A stretch of DNA of 64,000 nt from Podarcis vaucheri (taxonomy: Eukaryota): the NCBI GenBank assembly GCA_965113315.1, contig OZ220366.1, one strand, 5' to 3'. The notes below the pieces were generated by a model. It saw only the letters and a program-made list of their open reading frames with translations, had not been told where the DNA came from and ran no database searches. Within the stretch, counting starts at the first letter, position 1, and every line of letters begins with the position of its first letter. The translations under genes were made by a program, and so were the position numbers. This document shows positions 12,351 through 24,700 of this stretch, one piece after another.

Positions 12351-14736
12351 GAGCAGGGTGAAGAGTCTATTTCTGCTGATGAGTTCAAGGTCTATGAAGG
12401 GGCATTTCTGCTCTCGACATTCCTTCTGCAGCAGGCACAGAGAGAAAATCCTGTTGACACCTGAGCTATAAACAGTCCCCATAGAAACACAAGTTTGTAG
12501 TTTTCTGGACTGAACATTATCCTTGGCTGTTCAGCTAATGGCTGTTATCCAATGCATCTTTGCCCAAATTAGACTTATGTGCCAGTTACACCCATTCCTG
12601 AAAACTGCAGATTTGGCTGTGATGACACGTTCTAGTTACATCCTGTCTGGATGTAACCACACACAATTGTTTTATTAAATAAAAACAAATCCGATCAGGC
12701 TGCTCAGCTGCTTCTGCGTGGACACTTTTCTAAGAACCTAAACCCTAGGGTCCACACAGCGTTGCTGTTTCACAGTTACTGGTCCCTTCCCCATTTACAT
12801 ATCAAACAATGGTTTAGCATGAACAGCATCACCTGCACAACTGTCTCAAGGTCTCTTTCTCTTCTGTGCTCTCCCACACACCTGGTCGAGCACTAAAGTG
12901 TACAGTGGTGAGCATGGGAACCTCCTATGCTGTTCTGCTCATGAAATTGAAAAGGTACCATTTTTTATTGGACAAATGTGTATTGCAAGCACGGTCATTT
13001 TTGTGATGCTCCCATTTCAGTAAGACTTAAAATTTGCAGGCAAATGTCCTTTTAAGTTATGGCCTTGATTAATCATTAATCATTTCCACAAACAACTGTC
13101 ACCTTTGATTCCTTGCTGCGTTATGCACGGTGATCTATTAATGCCAGGTTTTTCCGCTCTGGGAATTTTCTCCTGGCCTTAGAGAATCTATAAAATGTTG
13201 ATGGTCAAAAAATGTTTAATTGGCACTTTTAAAAGTTATTTTGTAATACAAGAAATGAATGGTTAACTTGAGAGGCACAGCTATAGTGGTTTTAAGTTTC
13301 ACTTTCTCTTGTGCAGATGATTTCTTTTCTTTACCAGTTTTTGTGGATATCTGCTTGTATAAGGTGGTTTTGTGCTTTGTATGCATACAGGGCTGGGCAT
13401 CTGGCTTTCATCCATTGCAACCCCCTGATGGTTGGGAGACCCTCCAAAACAGTATGCGCAGAAGGCTGTAGCAGGGGCTAGGATTGGTAAAAATTGGATG
13501 CTCCACCTTGCACAAGTGCAAGTACTTTCTGCTTCCAAAGCCACCGCTGGATAAAACCTTAAATTACTCTTCCATTAAGAAGAGCCCTGCTGGTTCACAC
13601 CAAATCCTCATCTACTCCAGCATCCTGTTTTCAGAGTGGCTAACCAGATGTTTATGGGTTCCTGATAAAGCAGGGCATGAAAGCAACAATACTTTCCCCA
13701 TTCATGCTAATGGGTTACATTTGTGATATGAGCAGCATAGTTACCACACTTTCATAGGACCCACAGGCACATAACTTTGCACAATATGACAGCCTTTGTT
13801 TTTTAGGTCTCAGTTGGTCATAGTAATTCCTTTTTAAACAAGAATGATTAGCGACTGCTGTATGTTTTTTGCCAGCCACATTTATAGCTAGTGAAATGTG
13901 CAAAAAGCTCCGAGGACTGATGTGAGCAAAAATCTGTTTATATCGTCTTCCTTTCTTGAAGAAGTTTTGTGTGACATAAACATCATACCTCTGCCCTATT
14001 TGGCAGGTTGGGCCTGAGAGACAGGGACTGGTCTGTTGTCATCTGGGAACTTCTTTGCTAAGGATGGATTTAAAGCCAGCAGTTCTCCCTGGGCAAAGCC
14101 CCACTGCTCTATCCACTACAGCACTTTGGCTTAATGTGTGGCTTTAATTAATTCCTCTTTGGCAAACCAGCATACAGAGCTGGACTGATTATCAGCTAAG
14201 GTCTCACTAGGCATTATGTTAATGCCTTAAGAGGGGTGTGTGGGTAGATGAGCGTGCTCCCTCTTCATCACCATTTAAGCCACCCAATTCATGGCGGGGG
14301 ACCTACTGAAGTGGGGGGGGGCTCCTGTACTCACAGAGGCTCCCTGCACATGAGAAACACATCAGGGTTTTAAAATCAGAATCTGGGGGTGAGTGGAATA
14401 GTTATACTACTGTGCTTGTCCCTTGGCTCCTCTCATATGGTGACATGCTATTTGGCTGCCTGAAGAAGGCTTTGATTAAAAAACAACAACAACAACCCTG
14501 GCCAAAGAGACCCCCCACCACCACCTCATAACCAACACATGCAATGCTGTTTGGATATTTGCAGGACGCTCAATGAAATAATATCACTCAGTTCCTTTAG
14601 ATAACAATGTCTGGTATTTATACAGAACTTTTTCTAGAAGCTACATGTGTTTCATATATATTATCTGAGTATTCCTCACAGCAACCTTGCTATAGTGGCC
14701 AGGTTCATTAACTCATGTCCATAGTACAGATGGCAG

Positions 14737-15110
14737 AGGTAAAGGTAAAGGTAAGGTAAAGGACTCCTGGATGGTTAAGTCCAGTCAAAGGTGACTATGG
14801 GGTTGCAGCACTCGTCTCGCTTTCAGGCTAAGGGAGCCGGCGTTTGTCCAGACAGCTTTCCAGATCATGTGGCTAGTATGACTAAACAGGCACAATAGAA
14901 CACCACGACAGAAGTCACAGCACATGGAAACGCCATTTACCTTCCTGCTGCAGTGGTACCTATTTATCTACTTGTGCTGGTGTGCTTTCAAATTGCTAGG
15001 CTAGCAGGAGCTGGGACAGAGCAGCAGGAGCTCACCCCAGATTCGAACTACCGACCTTCTGATCGGCAAGCCCAAGAAGCTCAGTGGTTTAGACCACAGC
15101 GCCACCCGTT
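14737..15110 (-). mobile_element. Sauria SINE
   Basis: (ACCTTT)n tail, ggaaacgcc.tttaccttcc core, tRNA-like head. Confidence 0.88.
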
Positions 15111-17029
15111 TACCTTGATGGCAAAATGAAGTGTTAAGGCTGGGAAACTGGTCTTTGGCTAGGCACCAATGAATGAGTACATGCTGTGATTTCAACTGGG
15201 GACTTCCAGCTCATGCTTCAACTACTACAGTTCCATTCCTCTGAATGACTCAGTGGGAATAACTACATGTTACATAGGGATGGGAAAAACAGCAAAATTC
15301 CAGTTTATGATTATATCCATAACTAAATTTTTGTAATTAACCACAGAAGCATTCACACACAGCAGGAATATATTTGCTTATGTGCCATCCACAATGAAAT
15401 AAAGCCAGTATTTGAGAATCTAGTACATAACAACTTATTTGGTGCTAGCGGTGGCATTAGGAGAAAGACAGGAAAAACCCCCGGAGAGCTTTAAAATTTA
15501 GATGGTAGCTGAGATTTCTGGTAAAATAATCAGATAAAACAATCCTATTAGAGATCTGATGAAACACTGTAGGGCCATATTATTTTGGCAAACCACTTGG
15601 AGATGGGTCTCCACCTTTTCAATCTAAGGTTGAGTCAACTACTCTGAATTGCCCAGCTCTGTAATCCCTCCCACTCATCTCACATCATGTTAAGAACCTG
15701 ATTAATAAAGCAAATTCAGAAGTGCTTTGGAAACCTTGATAATGTCCACTAGGCCCAACTGTTGAAGAGGAAATAGGTTTTGTCCAAGAAGCAGGTGGCA
15801 GGGGGAACAACCTAGCTTCTCATCTCCTTAAACTGGAAAAAGAGAATTGGTTGATCCATTCCCAATGGGTGTTAAGGTTACTAGACTAAAACGTCAAAAT
15901 GAGAGGGGGGGGGAAGCAAAAGCTTGCACTGACAGAACAATCAAATTACCAAGACACTGCATTCTATGATCCACATTTATATATACCTCAAAGTTAATGA
16001 GATTTAAAAGTTCTTTTAACTCTACCTTGGAAATCACGGAACTTTAATATTCCTATCTCTGGCTTAACTAGGCTGTCTGTGTGTCTGCATGACCGAATCA
16101 CCAGTACTATTTAATTAAGCTGGTGTTCCTTGTCAAAATGGGATAGTTGGAGCATTTCTTTCAGAAAGCTGTCATTTTAGCTTGAAAAAAATTCCATATA
16201 GAGGCCCATAGATCTGGAATATCAATGATAATACAGTACCTAAAGTTTTTTTTGTGTGTGTGTGGGGGGGGATTCTCTGTTTAGTGCCATCAGTTTCAAA
16301 GCTCAAAAAGTTGTGCAATTAACTGACAAATCATGATGCAGATTAAAACCTTGAGCATGACTGTTTAGTTTCCTCACACTTGGAAAACACTTTCACTTTT
16401 AAAAACTCCTCCATTTAGTGTTTCACTAGTGTTTCATTCCATGAATTCATGGAATGAAAGGAAAACAGAAAAAGAGCACTCTATTTGACACAGCAAGCTA
16501 TGTGAACAGATACTATGTGCAATTTCAACTGAAACTACTACTACTGATACTGATACTACTACTACTGCAGTACTGCTTTTTATCCAGAGTATCTCGTGAT
16601 CTACTGGTCGATCGCGAGACCCCCATCTCTCCCCCCCAAAAAAGCTCAATGACTTTGGCTCATCCTCCCCCCTGCAAAAGCTCAACAGAAGTTTGGCCTC
16701 AGTAGATTTGAATTGTGAAGTAAATGTTGAGCATACTGGTGGGTTTAAGTTGGGGTGTTTAGGACTTCAGGGTGGAAGATCCTGTTTCTGTGATACACCG
16801 GTCTTCATTTGGTAGCACTTCAGTGGTATTTGAGTTCTGCTTGTAGTTCTGCTGAAGATGTCCATGCCACACAGAATTTCTGTTGGTAACTGTAGTAATA
16901 AATGGAGTATTCATTTCAGGTTATTCCCTCCTACTCAATTTTTTTAGACTTCATTTACATTTTTTCTGTCCAGATGAAGAGTTGTACATTTTAGAGGGGT
17001 TTCTGCATGTGACTGTAGGATATGTTAAT

Positions 17030-17370
17030 TAAAGGTAAAGGTAAAGGGACCCCTGACCATTAGGTCCAGTGGTGGCCGACTCTGGGGTTGCGGCGCTCAT
17101 CTCGCTTTTATTGGCCGAGGGAGCCGGCGTACAGATTCTGGGTCATGTGGCCAGCATGACTAAGCCGCTTCTGGCGAACCAGAGCAGCGCACAGAAACGC
17201 CGTTTACCTTACCTTCTACTTGCACTTTGATGTGCTTTTGAACTGCTAGGTTGGCAGGAGCAGGGATCAAGCAACGGGAGCTCACCCCGTCGCGGGGATT
17301 CAAACCGCCGACCTTCTGATTGGCAAGCCCTAGGCTCTGTCGTTTAACCCACAGCGCCACCCGTGTCCCT
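17030..17370 (-). mobile_element. Sauria SINE (lacertid-type) with TSD TATGTTAAT
   Basis: Near-complete consensus; TSD at 17021-17029 and 17371-17379. Confidence 0.92.
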
Positions 17371-17987
17371 TATGTTAATATAAGTAACATAATTAATCAC
17401 CTAATATGTTAATTAGGTGATCACTTTAGGCTCTCCTGGAGGAGGGACTATCTTGCCTCTTCATTCCCTTCAAATAAATTCTCAGCTGTAGGAGTCTGAG
17501 AGAGCAGTGCACAAGTAAAAGAAATCTTGGCTTGTGTAGACCTTCTGAAGGAATGTTAAACAATTCTTGTTCCTGGAAAGGCTACTAAGGGCCTTTCTAT
17601 GACAGCAGCACATCAGAATGCACAAAGTGGAATCACTTCTTCAGAAACACATCCATGTTTAAAAATCCCCACAGTGGAGTAAGACGATTCCATCTTGCTC
17701 TTTTTCTGGTTTCCAGAAGACCACCTATGCTGCAACAACAGCCTATGATCAGCAATAATGTTGTGAAATCCTACAAATAATGATTCCTTACAATTTCACC
17801 CCCCATGCACCTACACTTTCCCTTGGTCTTTTAAGCCCAAATCCGGAACAGGGTGATATTTTTCCCTCTTCTAAATACTTGAACTCTCGTGCCATTTAGT
17901 CTTGCTGTAGTGCTATACAGCCTTCACTGGATACTGTAGTGCCATCCAGCCTTCACTGGATTCACAGTTTCTGAGTGTTGGTGTTTA

Positions 17988-18577
17988 CCGTATTTTTCGC
18001 CCTATAGGACGCACTTTTTCCCCTCCAAAAATGAAGGGGAAATCTGGGTGTGTCCTATGGGGCAAATGGAAGCTTTTGCTGAAGCTTGGAGAGCGAGAGG
18101 GATCGGTGCGCACCAACCCCTCTCACTCTCCAGGCTTCAGGAACACATCCGCAGCCTAGGCAGCCCTGCGGGAGGTCCCGCAGGGATGTCTAGGCTGCGG
18201 ATAGCAGCCTGCTGCCCAGCGCGAGGGGCGCCCTGAAGCAGAACGCCCCCCTCACCAGGCAGACATCCGCAGCGTGGGGAGCCTTGCAGGAGTTCCCAGC
18301 AAAGCTCCCCATGCTGCGGATAGCAGCCTGCCGCCCGGCGGGCGAAGCGCCCTGATGCAGAGCGCCCCTTGCGCCGGGCAGACATGGGCCAGCCCCACAA
18401 GCTCGGGGGACAGCAAGGAGGCGCAGCGCCGCCATCCCGCTGTTCCTCGACCTGGTTCGGTTTCCCCGACCTGCTTTTGGGGGGGAAATAAAGGACATTT
18501 CCCCCCCCCTTTATTCCCCTCCAAAAAAACTAGGTGTGTCCTATGGGACGGAGCGTCCTATGGGACGAAAAATACGG
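17988..18577. mobile_element. Tc1/mariner-pogo type MITE (GC-rich interior)
   Basis: TA|CCGTATTTTTCG...CGAAAAATACGG|TA. Confidence 0.88.
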
Positions 18578-20280
18578 TAGCTTCTCTTGACAGGTTCAGG
18601 ATACAACACAAGCTCTGCTGTTGCTTTCAGAAACCCCAAAGGGGAACAAGCACATAAGGATCTTTTTGTGTTTGTATTGGTTGCTGCTTGGGCAGAAATA
18701 TCAGTACGTATAAGGATTGGTTTCCCAAGGTCTCACAGCTCCTGTTACTCAAGAAACTTATGGAACACCACAGTTTTAGCAGAGGACCTAGAGTGAAGGA
18801 CAAATTCAGAGATTCTTGGATGCTTTTCATAAAGTACATAAAGTACTCCAGCATCAATCCTGCTTTTGGTGCATGGGGAGACATAGAGCTGTAGATTTGG
18901 CAATGTTTTAACGTCTTGCAGCGGAAGTGCGAAATCAGAGAGGAAATTGGGTAATGTGGTAAGAATACTAGTACTCCAGTGTTTCTTAAAACTGTCGGTT
19001 TATTATCGTTGTAATGGAAAACAAAACACTTCTTTTAAAAAAGTGGTGAACCAGCATAACAATGATTAAAAGTGCTAGAAGAGGGATCCCTCCCAGTGTT
19101 TAACAATGGAAACAACAAACACACATGGGCCAACTCACAGAAGGATTCATCTAATAATATAGTAAGGCTCAGATACTTCATAAGGAGAGAGGACCAGGAC
19201 AATGCAAGGAATATTTGATGGTCCCAGGCACTCTATATTCCCCATATGGAAAAGGTGTCGCACACAGTATCCACTAGGTTGTCCCCTCCACAAATGTTCA
19301 TGCAGTGGCAAAATTCTTGCTTCAAAATTTAAACTGAATGAACAGTTTTATTTTAGTTGCTAAAATGAATAATTCGCAACTGTGAAGCAGGAAGACCTTG
19401 CTAACCTTTAGAATGCTGCCCAGAACTTTAGTAAACCAATGAAAATGTGCCTTCTTCAACAACCTTGAATAATATATATATGCAGTTTGTTTGTTTTCCT
19501 AAAAATTAGGAAAATACATGCCTATATTAAAGGGATAATGTATTAGTTTTCAGCATTTTAAAATTTGGTGTCCCTTTGGCAATTTATATTTTATCAATTA
19601 GGAACATTCATAACCCTCATTAGGTAGATCATCTACATCATGTTTCAGTTTATTAGCTTAATAAATTGAATATTTATTTATAAGGTATAGCGTTTGGAAG
19701 CTTGTAATGGTGGAGGCTTTTTTTGTTACCTTCGCTAAAGGGGCAATCCTGTACCCTTTTAATTATGGCATGTCAGGGATGGGGAACCTGTGGCCCTCAA
19801 GACGTTCCTGGACTTCAATTCCCATCACCCATGACCTTCCCATCATCCATGGCCTTGATGGTTGGGATTGATGGGAGTTGTAGGCCAACAATATTGGGAG
19901 GCTACCAAGTTGGAGAAGCCTGGTTCATGCCATAATATATTTGGAAACAGGGTGATAACAGATAACCAAACTAAGGGTTGACAGTGAGAGCTGCAGTGGA
20001 GTTTCATCATCTGAATGGGATTGCTTGGGTTAATAGTGCTAATTTATTATTATTATTAACAATAAATGCAGGTAGGAATTGCAGACAAGTGGAAGTAGTC
20101 ACGCCTTCTATGAAGACAGATTAATTCCCAGCTCCGACCATACCAATGCAAAATCTCATTGCCATCTATCTTGCGGAAATAAATTCCATAGTTCGACTAC
20201 GAGAGGTACATTCTTTGTTCCATAATTTCCCACTGTTCAGCTTCATAGGCACACTCCCAAATGTTAGAACTGATCTAGAG

Positions 20281-20415
20281 CAGTGGTGGCCAAACTTGGC
20301 CCTCCAGCTGTTTTGGGACTACAATTCCCATCATCCCTGACCAATGGTCCTGTTAGCTAGGGATGATGGGAGTTGTAGTCCAAAACATCTGGAGGGCCAA
20401 GTTTGGCCGCCACTG
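20281..20415. mobile_element. Palindromic hAT MITE upstream of the NFKBIZ promoter
   Basis: Long inverted arms; exact 8-bp TSD ATCTAGAG at 20273-20280 and 20416-20423; older relatives at ~19774-19922 and ~39311-39445. Confidence 0.9.
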
Positions 20416-20499
20416 ATCTAGAGGGAGAAGCAGCCACGCTTAATTTTCATACATCTCGGTCATATCTCTTGGTTTAGGAAAATGTTAACTGGAGCAACA

Positions 20500-21720
20500 G
20501 GGGCACGGGTATCACCGCCAACTTCATCGGACAGAGTTGCGTCGCCTAGCCGCCTGGTCACGCACAGGGCATATGTGAAGAGAGACCACCCTAGCTGCCG
20601 AGGTCTTCCCCCGCGGCCCTTCTCCTCAGCGGGACACGGCGCCGAAGAACGCGAAGCGGCGGCAAGCCGCCTCTCTCTGAGCGCCGGGTAAATTCTCCAA
20701 ACCGTTCCCTTTCCATGCTCCCGCTGCTGCAGCAGCCGCCGCCAGGTGCCCAATGGCGCGCCACGGCGGGCGAGGCTCCTTCGGGTTGCTTGGAGGCAAC
20801 TCCTGAGCCCACCCCGCCTGCCATGCAGTCAGGCGGCGAGTCACGAGAGAGCCGGGAGGGCTGTTGACAGAGGCCGGCGACCTACTTACTGGAAGTGCCG
20901 CTTGCAGAGACGCAGCCGCGCCCCGCCCCGCCTCCTCCCCCCGCCTCGTCGCCGGGGCGTGGAGGCGCTATAAGAGCCGTCGCAACCGCCTCCGCCTGCC
21001 GAGCCCTTTCCCGTCCCCGTCAGCGCACCGGCTGAGCCCAAGCAGCCGCCTGCCTCTTCCTCGCCATCCGCGCGACACCAGCCGTCATGATTGTGGACAG
21101 CAGCCGCGACGAGCTGCCGGACGGCGGCGGCGGCGGCGTCGACGGTTCCATCAGCAGCCCTTTTAACCTGGCCTTTTTTTACGGAGCTTCTCCCCATTCC
21201 AGCGAGGGGAGCTGCTCGCCCACGCACTCCTCGCCGGGGTCCCCGGGGTCCGACTCGGGCCACAGTAGCGGAGGCGGAGGCGGCGGTGACTTCGGCGCGA
21301 GGCGCTATTCCCGGCGCGGCGCGCGCTCAGCCGGGGAAGGTATACAGATTTCATACATCCGTCGCGCGCGCAGCCTCAAAAACAAAACCTCGGGGCGGAG
21401 GGATTTCTACGCCGCTTCTTCTACGAAGCGGTCTGAGGCGAGGGGGCCGTTCAGAGGGTGGTGTCGTCGGCCCGTCGCGTTTAGTGTCCCGCCGCTTTTC
21501 CTTTCTTTTTTTTATGTGGTATATAAAGTCTCCTTTGCGCCTTGGCAAGCCGCTCTGGGCGGTGAGAGCGCGCTCACGCTCCGCGGCACTTCGGTTGTTT
21601 GGATAGGTTTTGGGCAAGGAGAGGATAAGGGGGCTGCTGCTGTCAGTGAAAGACGACCGGGGGGGGGGGTCCCGGCGGCACTTAAAATCCCAGAAGGGTC
21701 GTTCAGGTACCACCCACGGG
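20500..21720. promoter_or_regulatory. CpG island / proximal promoter of NFKBIZ
   Basis: Very GC- and CpG-dense; CCAAT 20750-20754, STAT-like TTACTGGAA 20886-20894 overlapping ETS GGAAGT, GC boxes 20921-20945, TATAAG 20969-20974, kB-like GGGTAAATTCTCC 20686-20698. Confidence 0.85.
21087..21339 (+). CDS. NFKBIZ: NFKBIZ coding exon 1 (long-isoform N-terminus MIVDSSRDEL...GARSAGE)
   Basis: ATG at 21087 in the CpG island; SPFNLAFFYGASP and PGSPGSDS motifs; donor AAG|gtatac, phase 1. Confidence 0.93.
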
Positions 21721-24700
21721 ACTCTGGCAACAGGATGCTCTTTTAAATCTTGACAAATATTTCTTGGAAAGGGTGAATCCGGATTAAATGACGGACGAGA
21801 GAGAGTTTGTGTGTATGCGTATGCATATGCATATGCATGCATATCGCACCAGGTCCCAATAAAACAAAGACTGTTACAAAAAATACAATTCCACCCTCAA
21901 AACTGTATAGATGTTGATGCCAATTGCGTTGCGTGGCCGCTTTGGAAAACTTGGAACAGTTGAGTTTCCAGCATTGCAGGGGGTTGGACTAGATGACGCT
22001 CGGGTTCCAGGGTCATTCCAACTATACAGTTCTATGATTGTATGAGCTCGGATCCTGCAGTGCACGCCTGTCTGGAAACCCAGGATCATAGTCTCCTTCA
22101 GGGGGATTTCTTCTGAGTTCTTTTCCCTGCCACCGTGTAGCTTTACTCTCAGCGTTGTTGAAAAGGATGGCTTCTTTGGTTAGGCACTAATTCGCCCTTC
22201 CGAACTGCATGGGTTCCTGTTTGTATGTTGCTGCAACATATGCCATAGCTGTCAGCTTTCAGATTTGAAAATAAGGGATCAGCAGCCTCACCTGTCCCGG
22301 GGACAGTCTACGGGATATCTAACTATCCGGGATAGCAGCGAGAAACGGCACTGGAATAAGGGAATTTCCAATAAAAAAAGGGGAAGCTTGACAGCTATGA
22401 ACATATGCAGCCGCACAGCTCAAAGTGCCTCATTCCGATTTGCAAGTTAGTGCAGAGTTGTTTGTTATTGGTAGGCAAGGGGAGCGCTTTGCACGCGAGT
22501 GTGCACACAGACACACACACATCAGTGGCTGAAAAGGTGAAATACACACAAGTATTTCAGTATGCCCAAGTATAACGTGGGAAGTGAACGTTACTGTAAA
22601 CCAGCCTCGGCTCCACCAAGTGCATTGAATGTGTTCTCGGCTCCATAATGAAAAAGGTCTGTGGATTTTGAGTACAGTATGGTAAACATATGTCTAAAGT
22701 CACCTTGAGTTTCCTATCTCAAGTTGCAATACACTTTGCACCTGCACATCCCCCAGTGCTGCTCTGTTGGTGAAAGGGTTTTATGAAGGTTGTGGAAGTT
22801 GCTCTCGGTGCTTATTGTGAGATCAGTCCCGCTCATTCTTGAGTGAATGGGCATCAAAATGCAACTCCCCCCCCATTGGTCTAGATTCACCCTTTGCATG
22901 GAATATCCCAATAGATGAAAGAAACTTGTTGCCGTCAACCTGTTTGCAATATCTGAACGATGCAGCTGTAAAAGCCGCCTCAAGAAGCACTCTTTCCCCA
23001 AGTGCACAACACGGCAGGCTGCTGAAGTGCCAGCAGTTTGTATCCATTTCGTGAAGAAACTGAAAAATTGTAGTTAAGGTGTCTTATATCAGTTAGTTTG
23101 GAATTCACCAGCATTTTCAGGTAGGAAATGTCCTTAAGCTTTTAGGTTAAATTAAGCAGCGTCTAAGCAGGATACTACAGTCATGCCAATTAATGTGGGT
23201 CTGAGGGGAGTTTATCCTACTGACCCTTTCCAGTGAGTTAGAATCTTCTGTCAATTATTTCTCGTGTGTGTTTGTGTTCAGGAAGTGCAAATTTGCAAAA
23301 TTCTGGCTTGTATTGACTTTTTGTTATAGTTGTTTAAATCTTAATAATATTTGCCGTATTACTGAGGGAGAAATCAAATAATTTGTTAAGCACATTAGCT
23401 ATCTAATACCAAATATAAATAGGCAGAGAGGCACAATTTATTTAAACAATGTAATATTTTTTATTTCCAAATAGTGCTTCTTATAGCTGAAATGGCTTTT
23501 GTTTCTTATGCACCTGTTGCAGTTGAAATGGTACACAGTTAAGAACCTCAGTTGTCTTTTTATATAATTTCATGGTGTTTTTAGTGCTGAAGTTGCTTCC
23601 ACAAATTTTCTTTCATTCAGGAATTATCTTAAAAGGTAGCATAACAATATTGGTTGTGTGTATCTTCATAATATTAATATAGTGTGATGATTTTATTTCT
23701 CTGGCCAGTTTGATCTTTTTCCATAAGAAAACTATTGTTGTACTATATTTTTTATTTTACATTGGTTTGTATTTTCTACAAGTAATAATCTGAAGTAGTT
23801 TATTAATTGAAATATTTTGTTTTGTTTTTGGTTGCTTTCACAATATTTTCTCAAGTAGACACCAGTTCTGTCTTGAAGGATACAATATAAGGCAATTTAA
23901 TGAAGGACAATTAATTGCTTTGACTAGGCATACCTGTAAAGAGGAAATCATTTGCCCATAAATTGGGGTGGTGTTTTTTTTTTTCTAGACAGAAATTCCA
24001 GTTCTCCAGCAATGGTTTTTCAGATTATTTAAATGTAGTGTAAACTGCAGTGCTTCTATATATAAAGTTGGAAGGGTTTGTACTTTTTAAAATGAAGTCA
24101 CAACTTCTCTCTTGGATAGTATTACAGTACATTGTTGTTTCCGCTTTTCACTTCTGTTTTTTCACCTTCAGAGTAGACTATGTTAAAAGGAATAATGACA
24201 TAAGAGAATGACTGTAATATTTGCAGTTCATCTCTTTGGTTGCACATTTTCTTGGACAAGTGGATTCATTATGGAGGTGACAGGCACAAGTAATTCTGAA
24301 AATTCATTCATGTAAAGCCATGTTAATGCTAACATATCCTTTATATGGGACTGGTGTCTCCCCGCTTCTAACCTTCCTTTCAAATTGGGGGGGGGAGAGA
24401 AGTTTCTTTTGTGTTTGTGACAACAAAGTTGACAAAATATCTTTTGTACATACTTTTAAGGTTTTGTGTAATTAATTTAGGATTAGCTATGCTTCTTGGC
24501 TAAAATTATTTACAAATCCACTCTCTCTATCCAAATCCAACTCAATATTCAGTTTAATTGTTATCAGTGTTTTTATTTTATTTCTCATTGTTTGTGTCTC
24601 AACAGTTGAGCAACGTATGGGGGGAGGAAAGCAACAAAGAGGACCTTTTCAAGGTGTTCGTGTGAAAAACTCGGTGAAAGAGCTGTTGCTGCACCTCAGA

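Noticed and set aside
18048-18657. GC-rich ORF cluster resembling a second CpG-island gene (also 44936-45686)
   Set aside because: It lies almost entirely within TIR/TSD-bounded MITEs.
21340-21746. ORF-track extension of NFKBIZ exon 1 to 219 aa
   Set aside because: Read-through into intron 1. Homology stops at the donor at 21339/21340 and resumes at 24606.
20460-21842. Many overlapping ORFs on both strands around the promoter
   Set aside because: Expected stop-codon scarcity in a CpG island; no recognisable products.
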